A stretch of 64,000 bases of DNA from Spirochaetia bacterium (GCA_965203515.1 OZ241907.1:1952001-2016000); one strand, 5' to 3'; positions 9,762 through 20,393 are shown, numbered from the stretch's first letter. Numbers and translations are program-made. Notes: generated from the sequence alone by a model not told the origin.

Positions 9762-10841
9762 ATGGCTGAGGCGGATAGGAACGTTCGCGACGCGAGGGGC
9801 GAGTGGCGGCCGGCGGCGCTTCCGCAGCCGTCCCCGATGTGGGACCGGCCGGTGCGGCTGCGGGTGATTCTCAAGGCGATATTCGGCCACGACGGCATCC
9901 TGTGGCCCAAGAACCTGATCTACGTCGGCATCGCGGTGGTGGCGTGGTTCTTCTTCACCCCCTCCCTGGAGCGCACCGCCACCTTCCAGATCGGCTGGAT
10001 CGCGGAGATCTACCTGCGCAACGTGGCGCTCCTCGTCCTGATCGCCGGCGGCCTGCACCTGCGGCTCTACGTCAAGCGCGTCCAGGGCAGGAAGTACAAG
10101 TTCAACGCGCGCTGGCTGTCGACCGGGAATCGGGCGTTCCTGTTCGGCAACCAGACCTGGGACAACATGTTCTGGTCGCTGGTTTCGGGCGCCGGCATCT
10201 GGACGGCGTACGAGGCGGTAACCCTGTGGATGTACGGCAACGGATGGCTGCCGCGCGTCGAGTGGCGCACGCCGGCCGGCATCGCCTACTGCTCGCTGAT
10301 GATGGTCGCCGTCCTGTTCATGCGGCAGATGCACTTCTACTGGACCCACCGGTGGACGCACTGGAAGCCGCTCTACAAGGTGGCGCACTATCTGCACCAC
10401 CGCAACGTCAACATCGGCCCGTGGTCGGGTCTGTCGATGCATCCGATCGAGCACCTGATCTACTTTTCGGGCGTGCTGCTGCACTGGGTGATCCCGTCCC
10501 ACCCGATCCACGCGGTCTTCCACCTGATGCATACCGGGCTGAGCCCGGCGGCCGGCCATGCCGGCTTTTCGGAGTTCGTGGTCAAGGACGACAAGACCTT
10601 CAGCAACGGCGGCTACTTCCATTACCTGCACCACCGCTACTTCGAGTGCAACTACGGCAATGAGGGCGTGCCGCTCGACAAGTGGTTCGGCAGCTTCCAC
10701 GACGGCTCGCCGGAGGCGCATGCCGCCATGCGCGCGCGCCGCAAGGGGTTCGTCGATGGCGCGAGCGGCCCCCGGAGTGAGCGGCAACCGGCCAGGCGGC
10801 AACCGGCCGGGCGGGAACCGGCCGGGCGGGAACCGGCGTAG
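9762..10841 (+). CDS. Sterol desaturase / fatty-acid hydroxylase family
   Basis: HFYWTHRWTH, HYLHH, HAG, HYLHH...NYG His boxes; TM helices. Confidence 0.9.
   Translation: MAEADRNVRDARGEWRPAALPQPSPMWDRPVRLRVILKAIFGHDGILWPKNLIYVGIAVVAWFFFTPSLERTATFQIGWIAEIYLRNVALLVLIAGGLHLRLYVKRVQGRKYKFNARWLSTGNRAFLFGNQTWDNMFWSLVSGAGIWTAYEAVTLWMYGNGWLPRVEWRTPAGIAYCSLMMVAVLFMRQMHFYWTHRWTHWKPLYKVAHYLHHRNVNIGPWSGLSMHPIEHLIYFSGVLLHWVIPSHPIHAVFHLMHTGLSPAAGHAGFSEFVVKDDKTFSNGGYFHYLHHRYFECNYGNEGVPLDKWFGSFHDGSPEAHAAMRARRKGFVDGASGPRSERQPARRQPAGREPAGREPA
10783..10838. repeat. 15-bp tandem repeat in desaturase C-terminal tail
   Basis: gg(c/g)aaccggcc(a/g)ggc ~x4, encoding RQPARRQPAGREPAGREPA. Confidence 0.85.
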
Positions 10842-10847
10842 CGCCAC

Positions 10848-11777
10848 GTGGAAACGGCAGGCGATGCGGAACTCCGTGCACGGATAGCGGGCGCCCTCAC
10901 CCCCTCCCCGGAGGCCGACGGGGCGGTCCACGCCGGCGCGAACGGCGCCATGGCGATCGGCCTGCAGCAGGGTCCGCGCCCCGAGCAGCAGGACTGCGGC
11001 GCGGCGCTGGCGTGGGTCCCGAACGGCCTTAGCCTGTCTCCGTGGTGCGCGGCCGTGATCGCCGACGGCATGGGAGGCATGGAGGACGGCGGCTGGGCGA
11101 GCCGGGAAGCGGTGCGGATCGTCGTCGAGACCTGCCTCTTCGGCGATTGCGACACGCCCCGCGACGTGCTGGGGGCGGCCCTGCTCCGCGCGCAACGGGA
11201 GGTGCTGGAAGCGCTCGAGGGCCGCGGCGGGACGACCTTGACCGCCGCCGTGTGGCGGCGCCGGAACGGCATGCTCATCCATACCGGAGATACGCGGGCG
11301 CATCTGCTCGAACCGAATCGTCCGCTGCGGTGCCTCACCACCGACCATACCCAGGCCGGCCTCACCGAAGCGCTCGAGCGTCTGATCGCCGGAGAAGCGC
11401 CGGCCGAGCCGTACCGGCCGACCGCGCCGGACAGCAACCTGCTCGACGCGATCGGCATCCGCCAAGGCGTGCTCGCCGAACGCCACGTCCTGCACACGCC
11501 GCGCGACGGACGATGCGTCATGACGACCGACGGCGCGCACGATCCGATCCGCCGGGCAGGAGCAGCCGCCTTCGCCGTGGAGGGCGAGCGACCGACCGCG
11601 CAGCGGAGCGTAGAGGCGATCTGGGAACGGCTGGCCGGCGAGAAGCTGACCGACAATGCGTCCGTCGCGGCGATCGAGCCCGGCCGGACGTTGCGGTGGA
11701 CGGAGCGCGAGTTCCGATTCGGCGACCTGCTGCTGGTGGCGCCGAACGGGACGCTGCGCGAAAAGCTGGAACGATGA
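10848..11777 (+). CDS. PP2C-family Ser/Thr phosphatase
   Basis: IADGMGG, GTT, GDTR, LTTDHT, TDG, DN motifs. Confidence 0.85.
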   Translation: METAGDAELRARIAGALTPSPEADGAVHAGANGAMAIGLQQGPRPEQQDCGAALAWVPNGLSLSPWCAAVIADGMGGMEDGGWASREAVRIVVETCLFGDCDTPRDVLGAALLRAQREVLEALEGRGGTTLTAAVWRRRNGMLIHTGDTRAHLLEPNRPLRCLTTDHTQAGLTEALERLIAGEAPAEPYRPTAPDSNLLDAIGIRQGVLAERHVLHTPRDGRCVMTTDGAHDPIRRAGAAAFAVEGERPTAQRSVEAIWERLAGEKLTDNASVAAIEPGRTLRWTEREFRFGDLLLVAPNGTLREKLER

Positions 11778-11811
11778 ACCGCCCGCCGGCAGCCGAAGAA
11801 AGGAGTTGGCG

Positions 11812-14013
11812 ATGGAACACGGCGCCGGTCTGACCGAAGCGCAGCGCGCGGAGTTCCGGGATCGTGGGTTCCTGGTCCTGCCCGCGCTGCTGCCGCAGGC
11901 GGCGCTCCGGCCGCTTACCGACGATCTGGCCGCCGCCGTCGAGCAGGGGGTACGGCAACTCGTCATCTGGGAGCGTCTGCAGCCGACCGCCACCTTCCCG
12001 GAACATCCCTTCGACCGCCGCCTGGCCGCCGTCGCCGCCGAGCTGGACGATGAGTCCCTTGCCTGGCTCTGGCACCAGCTGCACGGCAAGCAGCACAAGA
12101 CCGCCGGCATGTACGCGCTGCGCACCCATCCGGCCCTGCTCGACGCCGTCGAATCGGTAATCGGCGCGGAGATCCTGGCCCATCCGCAGACGGTGCTGCG
12201 CGTGAAGCTCCCCGATCACGACCCTGGCGTCGTGCCGTGGCACCAGGACGATGCCTACCTGAGCGAGGAGATCGGCGACACGGTGATCGTCAACGTGTGG
12301 ATCCCGCTGGCCGCCGCCGGACGCGAAAACGGCTGCATGGAGGTGATCGCCGGCTCCCACCGGCGGAGCATCCCGCACCGGCTGAAGACGAGCATCTACC
12401 ACGGCATCTACGACGAAGATCTGCCGGACGGCGAGCGCGTCACCTGCGAGATGCAACCCGGCGACGCGCTCATGACCATGGAGCGGGTCGCGCACCGCTC
12501 GCTGCCGAACACTTCGTCGACGGTGCGGTGGAGCCTGGACACCCGCTACTGCCGCATCGGCGTGCCGACCGGGCGCAGCTACGTCCCCGGCTTCGTGGCC
12601 CGCAGCCGCGAGCGTCCGGAATCGGTGACGCGCAATCACCGCCAGTGGGTGAGTCTGGTGCGCGCCGCCGGCCGCGATCCGCTCGAGAAATCGGCGCCGC
12701 CGGCGCTGCCCGACGTCGACCGGCTGCACGGCGAGTGGCGGACCGACGCCCCGCGGCCGGAGCTCGCGCCGCTGGCCCGGATCGAAGCGGGCGCCGGAGG
12801 CGAGCGGGAACTGGTCCTGGAAGGGACCGGCGACCGGCACGCCTTTGGCTGCTGGCACCGTCCGGCGCGCCTGGTCCCCGGCTGCTGGTACCGCGCGACC
12901 GTGCAGGCCCGCACCACGGGCATTGAGCGGCCCGGCCTGTCGGTCTTCGCCCAGGTCGCCGGCCACTTCCTGACGCCGCGGCCGGCGCTGCAGTCGCCGC
13001 GCGAGCCCGCCCCGGCCGACACCCTCTACCTGCAGTGCACCTTCCGGCACGAACCGCATCCGGCCGAGCAGGACCGGATGGAGCTCTATCTGCGCGCCGC
13101 CCCGACCGGCCGGATCGCGTGGTCGCGGGCCGCGGTGACGCAGATCCCCCGGCCGCCGGCGCGGACCGCGCGCATCGCCGCGATCCGCTTTGGCGAGCCG
13201 CCCGCGCCGCTGACGATGGCCGACCAGCGGGAGCGCATCGCCGCCAAGCTCGACCAGGCCGGGGCGATGGAGGCCGACATCGCCGCCCTGACCGAGTTCT
13301 GCCCCGTGCAGGGCGTCCCCGAAACGGTCTACGGGTCATGGGCGGACGCCGCGGAGCCGGTGCCCGGCGGTCCCGCGTGCCGGGTGCTGGCCGAAGCCGC
13401 GCGCCGCCACCGCATGTACGTGATCGCCGGCGTCATCCGCCGGCGCGGCCGGCACGTGTTCAACACCGCGGTGCTGTTCGACCGTTCGGGCGAGCTGCTC
13501 GGCTGCTACGACAAGACCCACCTCACCTTTGGCGAGCTGCGGGCCGGCATCTCCTGCGGAACCGACTACCCGGTGTTCGACCTGGACGTCGGCAGGGTCG
13601 CGATCCACATCTGCTACGACGAGTGGTTCCCGGAGGTGGCACGCTACTACGCGCACCGCGGCGCCGAGCTCCTGTTCCTGCCGGTCGCCGGCGGCAAGCC
13701 GATCACGTGGCGCACGCGCGCGCTCGACAACCGCCTCTACTTCGTCGCCGCCGCTACCGGACCGCCGAGCATGATCATCGATTCCTCCGGGGCGGTCATC
13801 GCGGAGATGCACGGCGACGGCGTGGCCTGCGCGGACATCGATCCGGGCGACCGGCAGACCAACTGGTACGGCGACCCGACGCTGGCGCGCGGCATGCCCT
13901 GCATCGCGCCGCAGATGCGCATGACCACCGATGATCGGCTGCTGTCGGACCTGCACCGGCTGATGCATGACGTCCCGTTGACGATGCCGGCGGCTGACGA
14001 TGCCGGCGGCTGA
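11812..14013 (+). CDS. PhyH-family Fe(II)/2OG dioxygenase fused to carbon-nitrogen hydrolase (nitrilase superfamily)
   Basis: WHQD...NVWIPL...ENGC...H; then ALTEF, FNTA, YDKTHL, ICYDEWFPE, RALDN; AGGAG RBS. Confidence 0.85.
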   Translation: MEHGAGLTEAQRAEFRDRGFLVLPALLPQAALRPLTDDLAAAVEQGVRQLVIWERLQPTATFPEHPFDRRLAAVAAELDDESLAWLWHQLHGKQHKTAGMYALRTHPALLDAVESVIGAEILAHPQTVLRVKLPDHDPGVVPWHQDDAYLSEEIGDTVIVNVWIPLAAAGRENGCMEVIAGSHRRSIPHRLKTSIYHGIYDEDLPDGERVTCEMQPGDALMTMERVAHRSLPNTSSTVRWSLDTRYCRIGVPTGRSYVPGFVARSRERPESVTRNHRQWVSLVRAAGRDPLEKSAPPALPDVDRLHGEWRTDAPRPELAPLARIEAGAGGERELVLEGTGDRHAFGCWHRPARLVPGCWYRATVQARTTGIERPGLSVFAQVAGHFLTPRPALQSPREPAPADTLYLQCTFRHEPHPAEQDRMELYLRAAPTGRIAWSRAAVTQIPRPPARTARIAAIRFGEPPAPLTMADQRERIAAKLDQAGAMEADIAALTEFCPVQGVPETVYGSWADAAEPVPGGPACRVLAEAARRHRMYVIAGVIRRRGRHVFNTAVLFDRSGELLGCYDKTHLTFGELRAGISCGTDYPVFDLDVGRVAIHICYDEWFPEVARYYAHRGAELLFLPVAGGKPITWRTRALDNRLYFVAAATGPPSMIIDSSGAVIAEMHGDGVACADIDPGDRQTNWYGDPTLARGMPCIAPQMRMTTDDRLLSDLHRLMHDVPLTMPAADDAGG

Positions 14014-14043
14014 CGTCGCCGGCGGCGCACCGCCTCCGCAGCG

Positions 14044-15024
14044 GTGAGCGCCCGCGACCGCGACCTGCGCTTCGGCCTGATCGGCTGCGGCAAGCTGGGC
14101 GCCGTGCACGCCCGCTGCGTGCGCCGGGTGGGCGGCGCGCGCTTCACCGCCTTTGCCGACGCGGCGCCGGCCGCCGCCGAACGACTGCTGGCCGAGCACG
14201 GCGGCGACTACGCGACCGCCGACGTCGCCCGCCTCCTCGACGACCCGGCCCTGGACGCCGTCTACGTCTGCACCCACCACGACTCGCACGCGCCGCTGGC
14301 GATCGCCGCGGCGCAGGCCGGCAAGCACGTCCTGGTCGAGAAGCCGCTGTCGCTGTCGGTGGAGGAATGCACGGCGGTGGCCGCCGCGGTCGAGGAGGCC
14401 GGCGTGCGGCTGATGCCGGCGTTCAAGATGCGCTACTACCCGCTGCTGCGGAAGGCGCGGGAGTTCGTCCCGGAGCCGCAGGTGATCGTGGGCCAGATGA
14501 TGGACGACCGCTGGGCCGACGACGCCTGGGCGCAGGACCCGGTGCGCGGCGGCGCCAACGTCTACAGCCAGGGCTGCCACACGACCGACGTGATCCGCTG
14601 GATGGCGCGCAGCGAGCCGGAGCTGCTGTGGGCGGCCGGCGGCGCCATGACCCATCCGGGCCATCCGCGCATCGACCAGTGCGTGGCGTCGATCCGCTTC
14701 GCCTCGGGCGCCGCGGCGAGCTGGATTCAGGGCGACGCGGCCCTGGGCCGCATGACCGGCAAGTTCTTTCTGGAGCTGTTCGGCGGCGGCCGTAGCGTGC
14801 AGCTCTACGACCGCTTCAAGGCGGCCACCTTCTCCGACGGCGCGCGCGAGTGGTCGGAGCGGGTCGACCAGGAGGAGGGGTTCCTGCTGGAGAACCGGGA
14901 GTTCATCACCGCGCTGCGCGCCGGGCGGGCGCCGGAGCTCGACGCCACCGACGGCATCCAGGCGACGCGGATCGTGCTGGCCGCCGACCGGGCGATCCGC
15001 ACCGGCGAAGTGCAACGGCTGTGA
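14044..15024 (+). CDS. Gfo/Idh/MocA oxidoreductase
   Basis: GLIGCG, GKHVLVEKP. Confidence 0.9.
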   Translation: MSARDRDLRFGLIGCGKLGAVHARCVRRVGGARFTAFADAAPAAAERLLAEHGGDYATADVARLLDDPALDAVYVCTHHDSHAPLAIAAAQAGKHVLVEKPLSLSVEECTAVAAAVEEAGVRLMPAFKMRYYPLLRKAREFVPEPQVIVGQMMDDRWADDAWAQDPVRGGANVYSQGCHTTDVIRWMARSEPELLWAAGGAMTHPGHPRIDQCVASIRFASGAAASWIQGDAALGRMTGKFFLELFGGGRSVQLYDRFKAATFSDGAREWSERVDQEEGFLLENREFITALRAGRAPELDATDGIQATRIVLAADRAIRTGEVQRL

Positions 15025-16076
15025 ACGCCCCGCCCCGGATCGATCCGTCCGCGATACGTCTGCTGCAGTATCGGGCCGCCTGCGGCGAGCGCCGCGTCGG
15101 CGTCGCCGTCGATCGCGACCGGGTCGAGGAGATCGCCGGAGTCGCGTCGACGCTCGAACTGGCCCGCGATGCGGATGCGGCCGGCCTCGCGCTGATCGAC
15201 GTGGTGGCCGGCTGCCGCCGCGCCGGCCTGGTCGACTACCAGGCGCTGGTCGACGAGCGGCGCCTGTTGCCGCCGATCGACCACCCCGACCCCGCGCATC
15301 TGGTGGTATCCGGCACCGGCCTCAACCACACCGGCAGCGCCCTGGCCCGCGACGCCATGCACGGCGGGCCCGGCGCCGGCGATGACGCCGAAGATGATGA
15401 CGCCGGAGACGAAGGCGCGACCGATTCGATCCGCATGTTCCGGCTCGGCGTCCGGGGCGGCAAGCCGCCGGCCGGCCGCATCGGCGCGGCGCCGGAGTGG
15501 TTCTACAAGGGCGACGGCGGATGCATCGTAGCCCCCGAACGGGAGTTGCCGCTGCCGGGATTCGCCGGCGACGGCGGCGAGGAGGCCGAGGCCGCGGCGA
15601 TCTACCTGATCGGCCGCAACGGCCGCCCGCGCCGCGTCGGCTTTGCGCTCGGCAACGAGTTCGCCGACCACGTCATCGAGCGGCAGAACTACCTGTATCT
15701 CGCGCACTCCAAGCTGCGCGCCTGCTCGATCGGCCCGGAGCTGCTGCTCGGCCCGCTGCCGGAGTCGGTCGCCGGCGAGGTGCGCGTGCGGCGCGGTGAG
15801 ACCGTACTCTGGCAGGCCGCGTTTCTGACCGGCGAGGCGAACATGACGCACAGCCTGGCCAACCTGGAGCACCACCTGTTCAAGTACGACCTGTTCCGCC
15901 GGCGCGGCGACGTCCACTGCCACTTCCTGGGCGCGCCGGTCCTGAGCTGCGCCCACGGCATCGAGCCTCGGCCCGGCGACCGTTTCGAGATCGAGTCCCC
16001 GCTCTTCGGCCGGCCGCTGCGCAATCCGCTCGCCGCGCGCGGCGAAGACCGCCCGATCACCGTCGAGCCACTCTGA
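15021..16076 (+). CDS. AraD1/GguC (FAH-family) sugar-catabolism protein
   Basis: DHPDPAH..VSGTGL.H.GSA, TDSIRMF, PEWFYKGDG, NYLYLAHSKLR. Confidence 0.85.
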   Translation: MNAPPRIDPSAIRLLQYRAACGERRVGVAVDRDRVEEIAGVASTLELARDADAAGLALIDVVAGCRRAGLVDYQALVDERRLLPPIDHPDPAHLVVSGTGLNHTGSALARDAMHGGPGAGDDAEDDDAGDEGATDSIRMFRLGVRGGKPPAGRIGAAPEWFYKGDGGCIVAPERELPLPGFAGDGGEEAEAAAIYLIGRNGRPRRVGFALGNEFADHVIERQNYLYLAHSKLRACSIGPELLLGPLPESVAGEVRVRRGETVLWQAAFLTGEANMTHSLANLEHHLFKYDLFRRRGDVHCHFLGAPVLSCAHGIEPRPGDRFEIESPLFGRPLRNPLAARGEDRPITVEPL

Positions 16077-16077
16077 G

Positions 16078-17247
16078 ATGACGATCGCCCGCGTTCGCGC
16101 GCATGTACTGAGCGCCGCGCTGCCGGACGGCGAGGTGTTCGCCTACTCGCAAGGGTGGTGCCGGCAGCGGCGCTCTCTGGTGCTGGAGATCGAGACCGCC
16201 GGCGGCGAGGTGGGATTTGGGGAGGCGTTCGGCCCGCCCGCCACCAACGCGGCGCTGATCGAGGAGGTGTACGCCCCGCTCCTGCGCGGGCGCGACGCCC
16301 GCGACCGGGAGACGCTCTGGCTGGAGTTGTACAACGCCATGCGCGACCACGGCCGCAAGGGCACGGCGCTGGAGGCGCTCAGCGCGGTCGACATCGCGTT
16401 GTGGGACCTTGCCGGCAAGCGCTTCGGGGTGCCCTGCTACCGGCTGGCCGGCCGCGCCTTCCGGCAGCGGGTCGCCGCCTACGCCACCGGCTTCTACCGC
16501 AAGCGCGCCGCCTCCGGCCTGACCGGTCAGGCGCCGCTGCTGGCGGACGAGGCGCGGCGCTACGTCGCCGCCGGCTTCAGCGCGCTCAAGGTCAAGATCG
16601 GATTCGGCATCGACGATGACGTGACCGTGGTCGCCGCGGTGCGCGACGCGGTGGGGCCGGAGGTGCGCATCATGGTCGACGCCAACCACGCCTACGACCG
16701 CGCCGCGGCGCGGGAGGCGGCGATCCGTCTGCACCCGCTGGGCATCGACTGGTTCGAGGAGCCGCTGGTGCCGGAAGATCAGCGCGGGCTTGGCCGGTTC
16801 CGGCGCGAATCGCCGATCCCGGTGGCGACCGGGGAGGCGGAGTTCGGGCGCTGGGGGTTCGCCGACCTGTTGCGGCACGACGGCGCCGACATCGTGCAGC
16901 CGGACTGCTGCGCAGCCGGCGGACTGACCGAAGCGCTGAAGGTTGCCGACCTGGCGGACGCCGCCCACGTGCGCTGCATTCCGCACGTGTGGGGCACCGG
17001 CGTCGCGGTCGCCGCCGCGTTGCAGATGGCGGCGATGATCGCGCCGTGTCCGCCCGGCCTGACTCCGCGCGAGCCGCTGCTGGAGCTGGACCGGACCTGG
17101 AACCCGCTCCGGGAGGAGCTCAACCTCACCCCACCGGCGGTGGGCTCCGACATGGTCTTCACCGTCCCCACCTCCGCCGGGATCGGCTTCGAGCCGAACC
17201 GCGCGATACTGGAGCGCTACCGGGACTCCGCGCGCAGCGCCGATTGA
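16078..17247 (+). CDS. Mandelate racemase/muconate lactonizing enzyme family (galactarolactone cycloisomerase-like)
   Basis: DIALWDL, KVKIG, MVDAN, WFEEP, GE, QPD. Confidence 0.88.
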   Translation: MTIARVRAHVLSAALPDGEVFAYSQGWCRQRRSLVLEIETAGGEVGFGEAFGPPATNAALIEEVYAPLLRGRDARDRETLWLELYNAMRDHGRKGTALEALSAVDIALWDLAGKRFGVPCYRLAGRAFRQRVAAYATGFYRKRAASGLTGQAPLLADEARRYVAAGFSALKVKIGFGIDDDVTVVAAVRDAVGPEVRIMVDANHAYDRAAAREAAIRLHPLGIDWFEEPLVPEDQRGLGRFRRESPIPVATGEAEFGRWGFADLLRHDGADIVQPDCCAAGGLTEALKVADLADAAHVRCIPHVWGTGVAVAAALQMAAMIAPCPPGLTPREPLLELDRTWNPLREELNLTPPAVGSDMVFTVPTSAGIGFEPNRAILERYRDSARSAD

Positions 17248-17260
17248 TCGATCGACCGCA

Positions 17261-17647
17261 CTACAGCTCCGCGCGGACCGCGGCAACGACATGGCGGGCG
17301 GTGTCGACCGCCGCTGCCGCCTGGTCGCCGGTGTACACGTCGGAGGGAATGCCGCCCGGCAGCCCGTTCGGATACCTGGTCGGCACGTAGTACTGGTCGA
17401 GCACCGCCAGACTGTCGCGGAACCTCGCCATGACCGGCAACGAGGCCGAGAGCTCTATCAGCGCGTGACCGAGAACGGCACGCTCGCCGCATCCGTAGCG
17501 GAGCGCCTTGATCGCCTTCTCACAGACCTGTTGGCACTGAAAGCAGACCTGCGCGTAGAACCCTTCGCGCAGTCCCAGCTCGGCGTAGGCAAGGTCACTC
17601 TCGGCCTGTCTGAGCCATCGATCGGCTTCTCTGTTGGGTTCCTTCAA
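17261..17647 (-). CDS. HEPN domain protein
   Basis: WLRQAESDL, CF.CQQ..EKAIKA, YVPTRYP. Confidence 0.88.
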   Translation of the reverse strand: MKEPNREADRWLRQAESDLAYAELGLREGFYAQVCFQCQQVCEKAIKALRYGCGERAVLGHALIELSASLPVMARFRDSLAVLDQYYVPTRYPNGLPGGIPSDVYTGDQAAAAVDTARHVVAAVRAEL

Positions 17648-17939
17648 TTCGGTATCCTGTTCGGACCGCCTGCTTGACGAAGTGACGGCCCTCCTCCGCC
17701 AGCATCGCGTCGAGCTCGGCCGGGGTATAGATCAGCAGATCGGCCGCGCCGAGCTCGAGTCGAAGCGCCATGATCTCGCGCACGCGGTCGAAGAACGGCC
17801 GGGCGGTATCGCGCGCCAGAATGACGTCGATGTCGCTCTGCTCGTCGGCCGTACCGGCAGCGACCGAACCGAACACCCAGGCCGTGACGAACCGGTGCGC
17901 GTGACGGGCAAAGATCGCCCTGGCCGTGTTCAGGTTCAC
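17595..17939 (-). CDS. Minimal nucleotidyltransferase (MNT), partner of HEPN
   Basis: VFGSVAAG...SDIDVI, DLLIYTPAE; overlaps the HEPN start. Confidence 0.88.
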   Translation of the reverse strand: MNLNTARAIFARHAHRFVTAWVFGSVAAGTADEQSDIDVILARDTARPFFDRVREIMALRLELGAADLLIYTPAELDAMLAEEGRHFVKQAVRTGYRIEGTQQRSRSMAQTGRE

Positions 17940-18062
17940 CGAGCGAGGGTACCACGTCCGGCGGCTGCCGGCCCGCCGCTGCGCAGCCGGTCTTGAGTTC
18001 AGGCGATGATCTCGCCGGCATAACGGGAATGAACTCCTGATTTGCAAAGCTAACAAGGAACT

Positions 18063-19838
18063 CTATCGCCGGGCGAGCCGGACCGCCAGCTTCTCGTGTC
18101 CTCCGGCCTTGGCCCAGCCGGCCGGCGTGCCGTCGAATACGTCGTCCCGCATGGTCGGGTCGGCGCCCCGCGACAGCAGCGTTTCCACCAGGGCCGCGTC
18201 TCCGTCGAACGCCGTCTGGTGCAGTGCCGTCGCCCCGTCGCCGCGCCGCGCATTGACGTCGACGCCCGCCTCCAGGAGCGCGCGCACCAGTTCCGTCTCG
18301 CCCAGCGTGACGCTCTCCACCAGGGCGCGGCCGGCCACCGGGGACGAGGGGTCGACGCGCGCCCCCGCGGACAACCGCACCAGCAGCGTATCGACGTCAT
18401 CCAGCCGCGCGCCGCCGCGCGCGAGCGCCGCGATCATCGGCAGCGTCAACCGCGCATCCCGGGGCGGCGCGCTGCCCGCCAACAGGCCCCGCGGCGTCTG
18501 GTCCGGGCCGCCCCGATACGCATAGCAGCTCGCGTTGGGATCGCTGCCGGCCGCCAGCAACAGCTCGATCACCTCGACCGCATTCGCCGGCGTCCGCTGC
18601 CGTTCGCCCTCCACCCCGTTCGCCGCTACGTAATGCAGCAACGTGCACCGGTGCGGCCGCGGCGAACGCGCCGTCGCCAACTCCGGATGCTCCGACATGA
18701 GCGCGCGCAGGCCGTCGACGTCGCCGCGCACCACGGCGTCCGCAGCGCGCTCGAAGGCGGCGGCGAGCGCCGGGTCGTCGCAGCCGAGCGCCGGCTCCCG
18801 CCGCCCGTCCGCACCCAGCAGCGCGGCCAGCTCCCGCCGCGCCGCGCCGTCCTCCAGGCCGAGCGCGCAGTCGGCCGCGGTCCGTCCCTCGTAGTTCGGC
18901 GCCCGCGGATCGGCGCCGGCCGCCAGCAGCGACCGGCAGGCGGTCACGTCTCCGGCGAGTGCCGCCAGATGCAGCGCGGTCTGCCCGTCGTCATCGACCG
19001 CAGCGGCGTCCGCGCCGCCCGCCAGCAGCATCGCCACCGCCTGCGTGTCGGCGCCGCGGGCCGCGCGGCAGACCCATACGTGATCCGCCGGCCGGAGCGG
19101 CAGCCGACCTGCCGACTTCCGCATCTCGGCAGCTCGCTCGACGTCGTGCGCGAAGCAGGCGCCAACCCAGCGGTCGACCTCGCCTACGTCCTGATCCCGC
19201 GCGCCGTGCTCGCGCAGCAGCCCCGCCAACCCGTCTCGCGCAAGACAGACCGCCAGCGCCAGCGGCGTCCGCCCGCTTCGGTCGCGGAACTCCACGTGCG
19301 CCCCATGCTCCAACAACGCGCGGACCACGGCCGGGCCGGCATCGAGCGCCACCGCCTCGTGCAGGCAGTTGCCGCCGAATCCCCAGGCGCCCACCGTCCA
19401 GTTCGGATCGCCGCCGGCCGCCAACAGGCGGCGGGTCAACGCCTCGTCGTCATACGGCAGGCTCTGCGGCAGGGCGTGGCAGACGTGCCACTGTGGAGGC
19501 TCCGCGCCGAGCAGCGCCTCGAGGCTCTCCCGGTCGCCATGCCGCACCGCCTCCCACATGGCGCACCCCTCGTAGAGGGTCGGCCCGTCGGCCGCGTCGG
19601 CGCCCGCGTCCAACAGCAGCCGGACCAGCGGCGCGCTCCGCGCCTGGCCGACCGCCGCGCCCAGCACCGTCCGGTAGCCGCGCGCGGTCTCCGTCTCCGG
19701 CGCGCCGGCGTTGGCGTCGGCGCCCAGCTCCAGGAGCCGGCGCGCTATCGCCAGACGCGCCGCGCCGGCCGCGGCAGCTACCGCCCGGTACCGCACGCTG
19801 CAGAGCATGAGCAGCACCGTGTCCGGGGCAACGTCCAT
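18063..19838 (-). CDS. Ankyrin-repeat protein
   Basis: Repeated G.T.LH.A / LL..GAD motifs. Confidence 0.9.
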   Translation of the reverse strand: MDVAPDTVLLMLCSVRYRAVAAAAGAARLAIARRLLELGADANAGAPETETARGYRTVLGAAVGQARSAPLVRLLLDAGADAADGPTLYEGCAMWEAVRHGDRESLEALLGAEPPQWHVCHALPQSLPYDDEALTRRLLAAGGDPNWTVGAWGFGGNCLHEAVALDAGPAVVRALLEHGAHVEFRDRSGRTPLALAVCLARDGLAGLLREHGARDQDVGEVDRWVGACFAHDVERAAEMRKSAGRLPLRPADHVWVCRAARGADTQAVAMLLAGGADAAAVDDDGQTALHLAALAGDVTACRSLLAAGADPRAPNYEGRTAADCALGLEDGAARRELAALLGADGRREPALGCDDPALAAAFERAADAVVRGDVDGLRALMSEHPELATARSPRPHRCTLLHYVAANGVEGERQRTPANAVEVIELLLAAGSDPNASCYAYRGGPDQTPRGLLAGSAPPRDARLTLPMIAALARGGARLDDVDTLLVRLSAGARVDPSSPVAGRALVESVTLGETELVRALLEAGVDVNARRGDGATALHQTAFDGDAALVETLLSRGADPTMRDDVFDGTPAGWAKAGGHEKLAVRLARR

Positions 19839-19853
19839 GCGCCAATGCTGCCG

Positions 19854-20393
19854 CTAACTTAGCTCCCGCGGCGGTTGCAACAGCTCCAGCGGGATGCCGT
19901 CGAAGTCGTTGAAGTAGACGGCGAAGCCGCCCTTGTTGCGGCCCGCCTCGATCGGCACCGGCGCGCTCTTGAAGCGCACGCCCTCGGCGGCCAGCCGATC
20001 GTACATCGCGTGGATGTCGCCGACCGCGAACGCAAGGTGAGCGACGCCGGGCCGGTTGGTGGCGGTGTCGATCGGCGCGCCCGCCGGATGGAGGTACTGC
20101 ACCAACTCCAGGTGGTGGCCGCTCACGTCGACCGGGCAGTCGGGGATGCGCAGCATCGCCACGTCCAGATCGGCCCCCTCGTACGCCACCAGCCGCTCCG
20201 TATACGGATTGGCCTGCCGTTGCCGGTGGACCAGCTCCATGCCGATCAGCCGGCAGTAGAAGTCGATGCTGCGGTCCAGGTCGCGCACCGTATAGCTGAA
20301 GTGCCACAGGCCGCTCGCCACCGCGTTCCTGCGCCCTGCGGACCGGGTTTCGCCGCTACCGGCCGATCGGCCGCCCCGCTCGATACCGCTCAT
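19854..20393 (-). CDS. VOC/glyoxalase family protein
   Basis: HFSYTVRDLDRSIDFY, LELVQY, HLAFAV, DGIPLEL; ATGA overlap with upstream gene. Confidence 0.88.
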   Translation of the reverse strand: MSGIERGGRSAGSGETRSAGRRNAVASGLWHFSYTVRDLDRSIDFYCRLIGMELVHRQRQANPYTERLVAYEGADLDVAMLRIPDCPVDVSGHHLELVQYLHPAGAPIDTATNRPGVAHLAFAVGDIHAMYDRLAAEGVRFKSAPVPIEAGRNKGGFAVYFNDFDGIPLELLQPPRELS

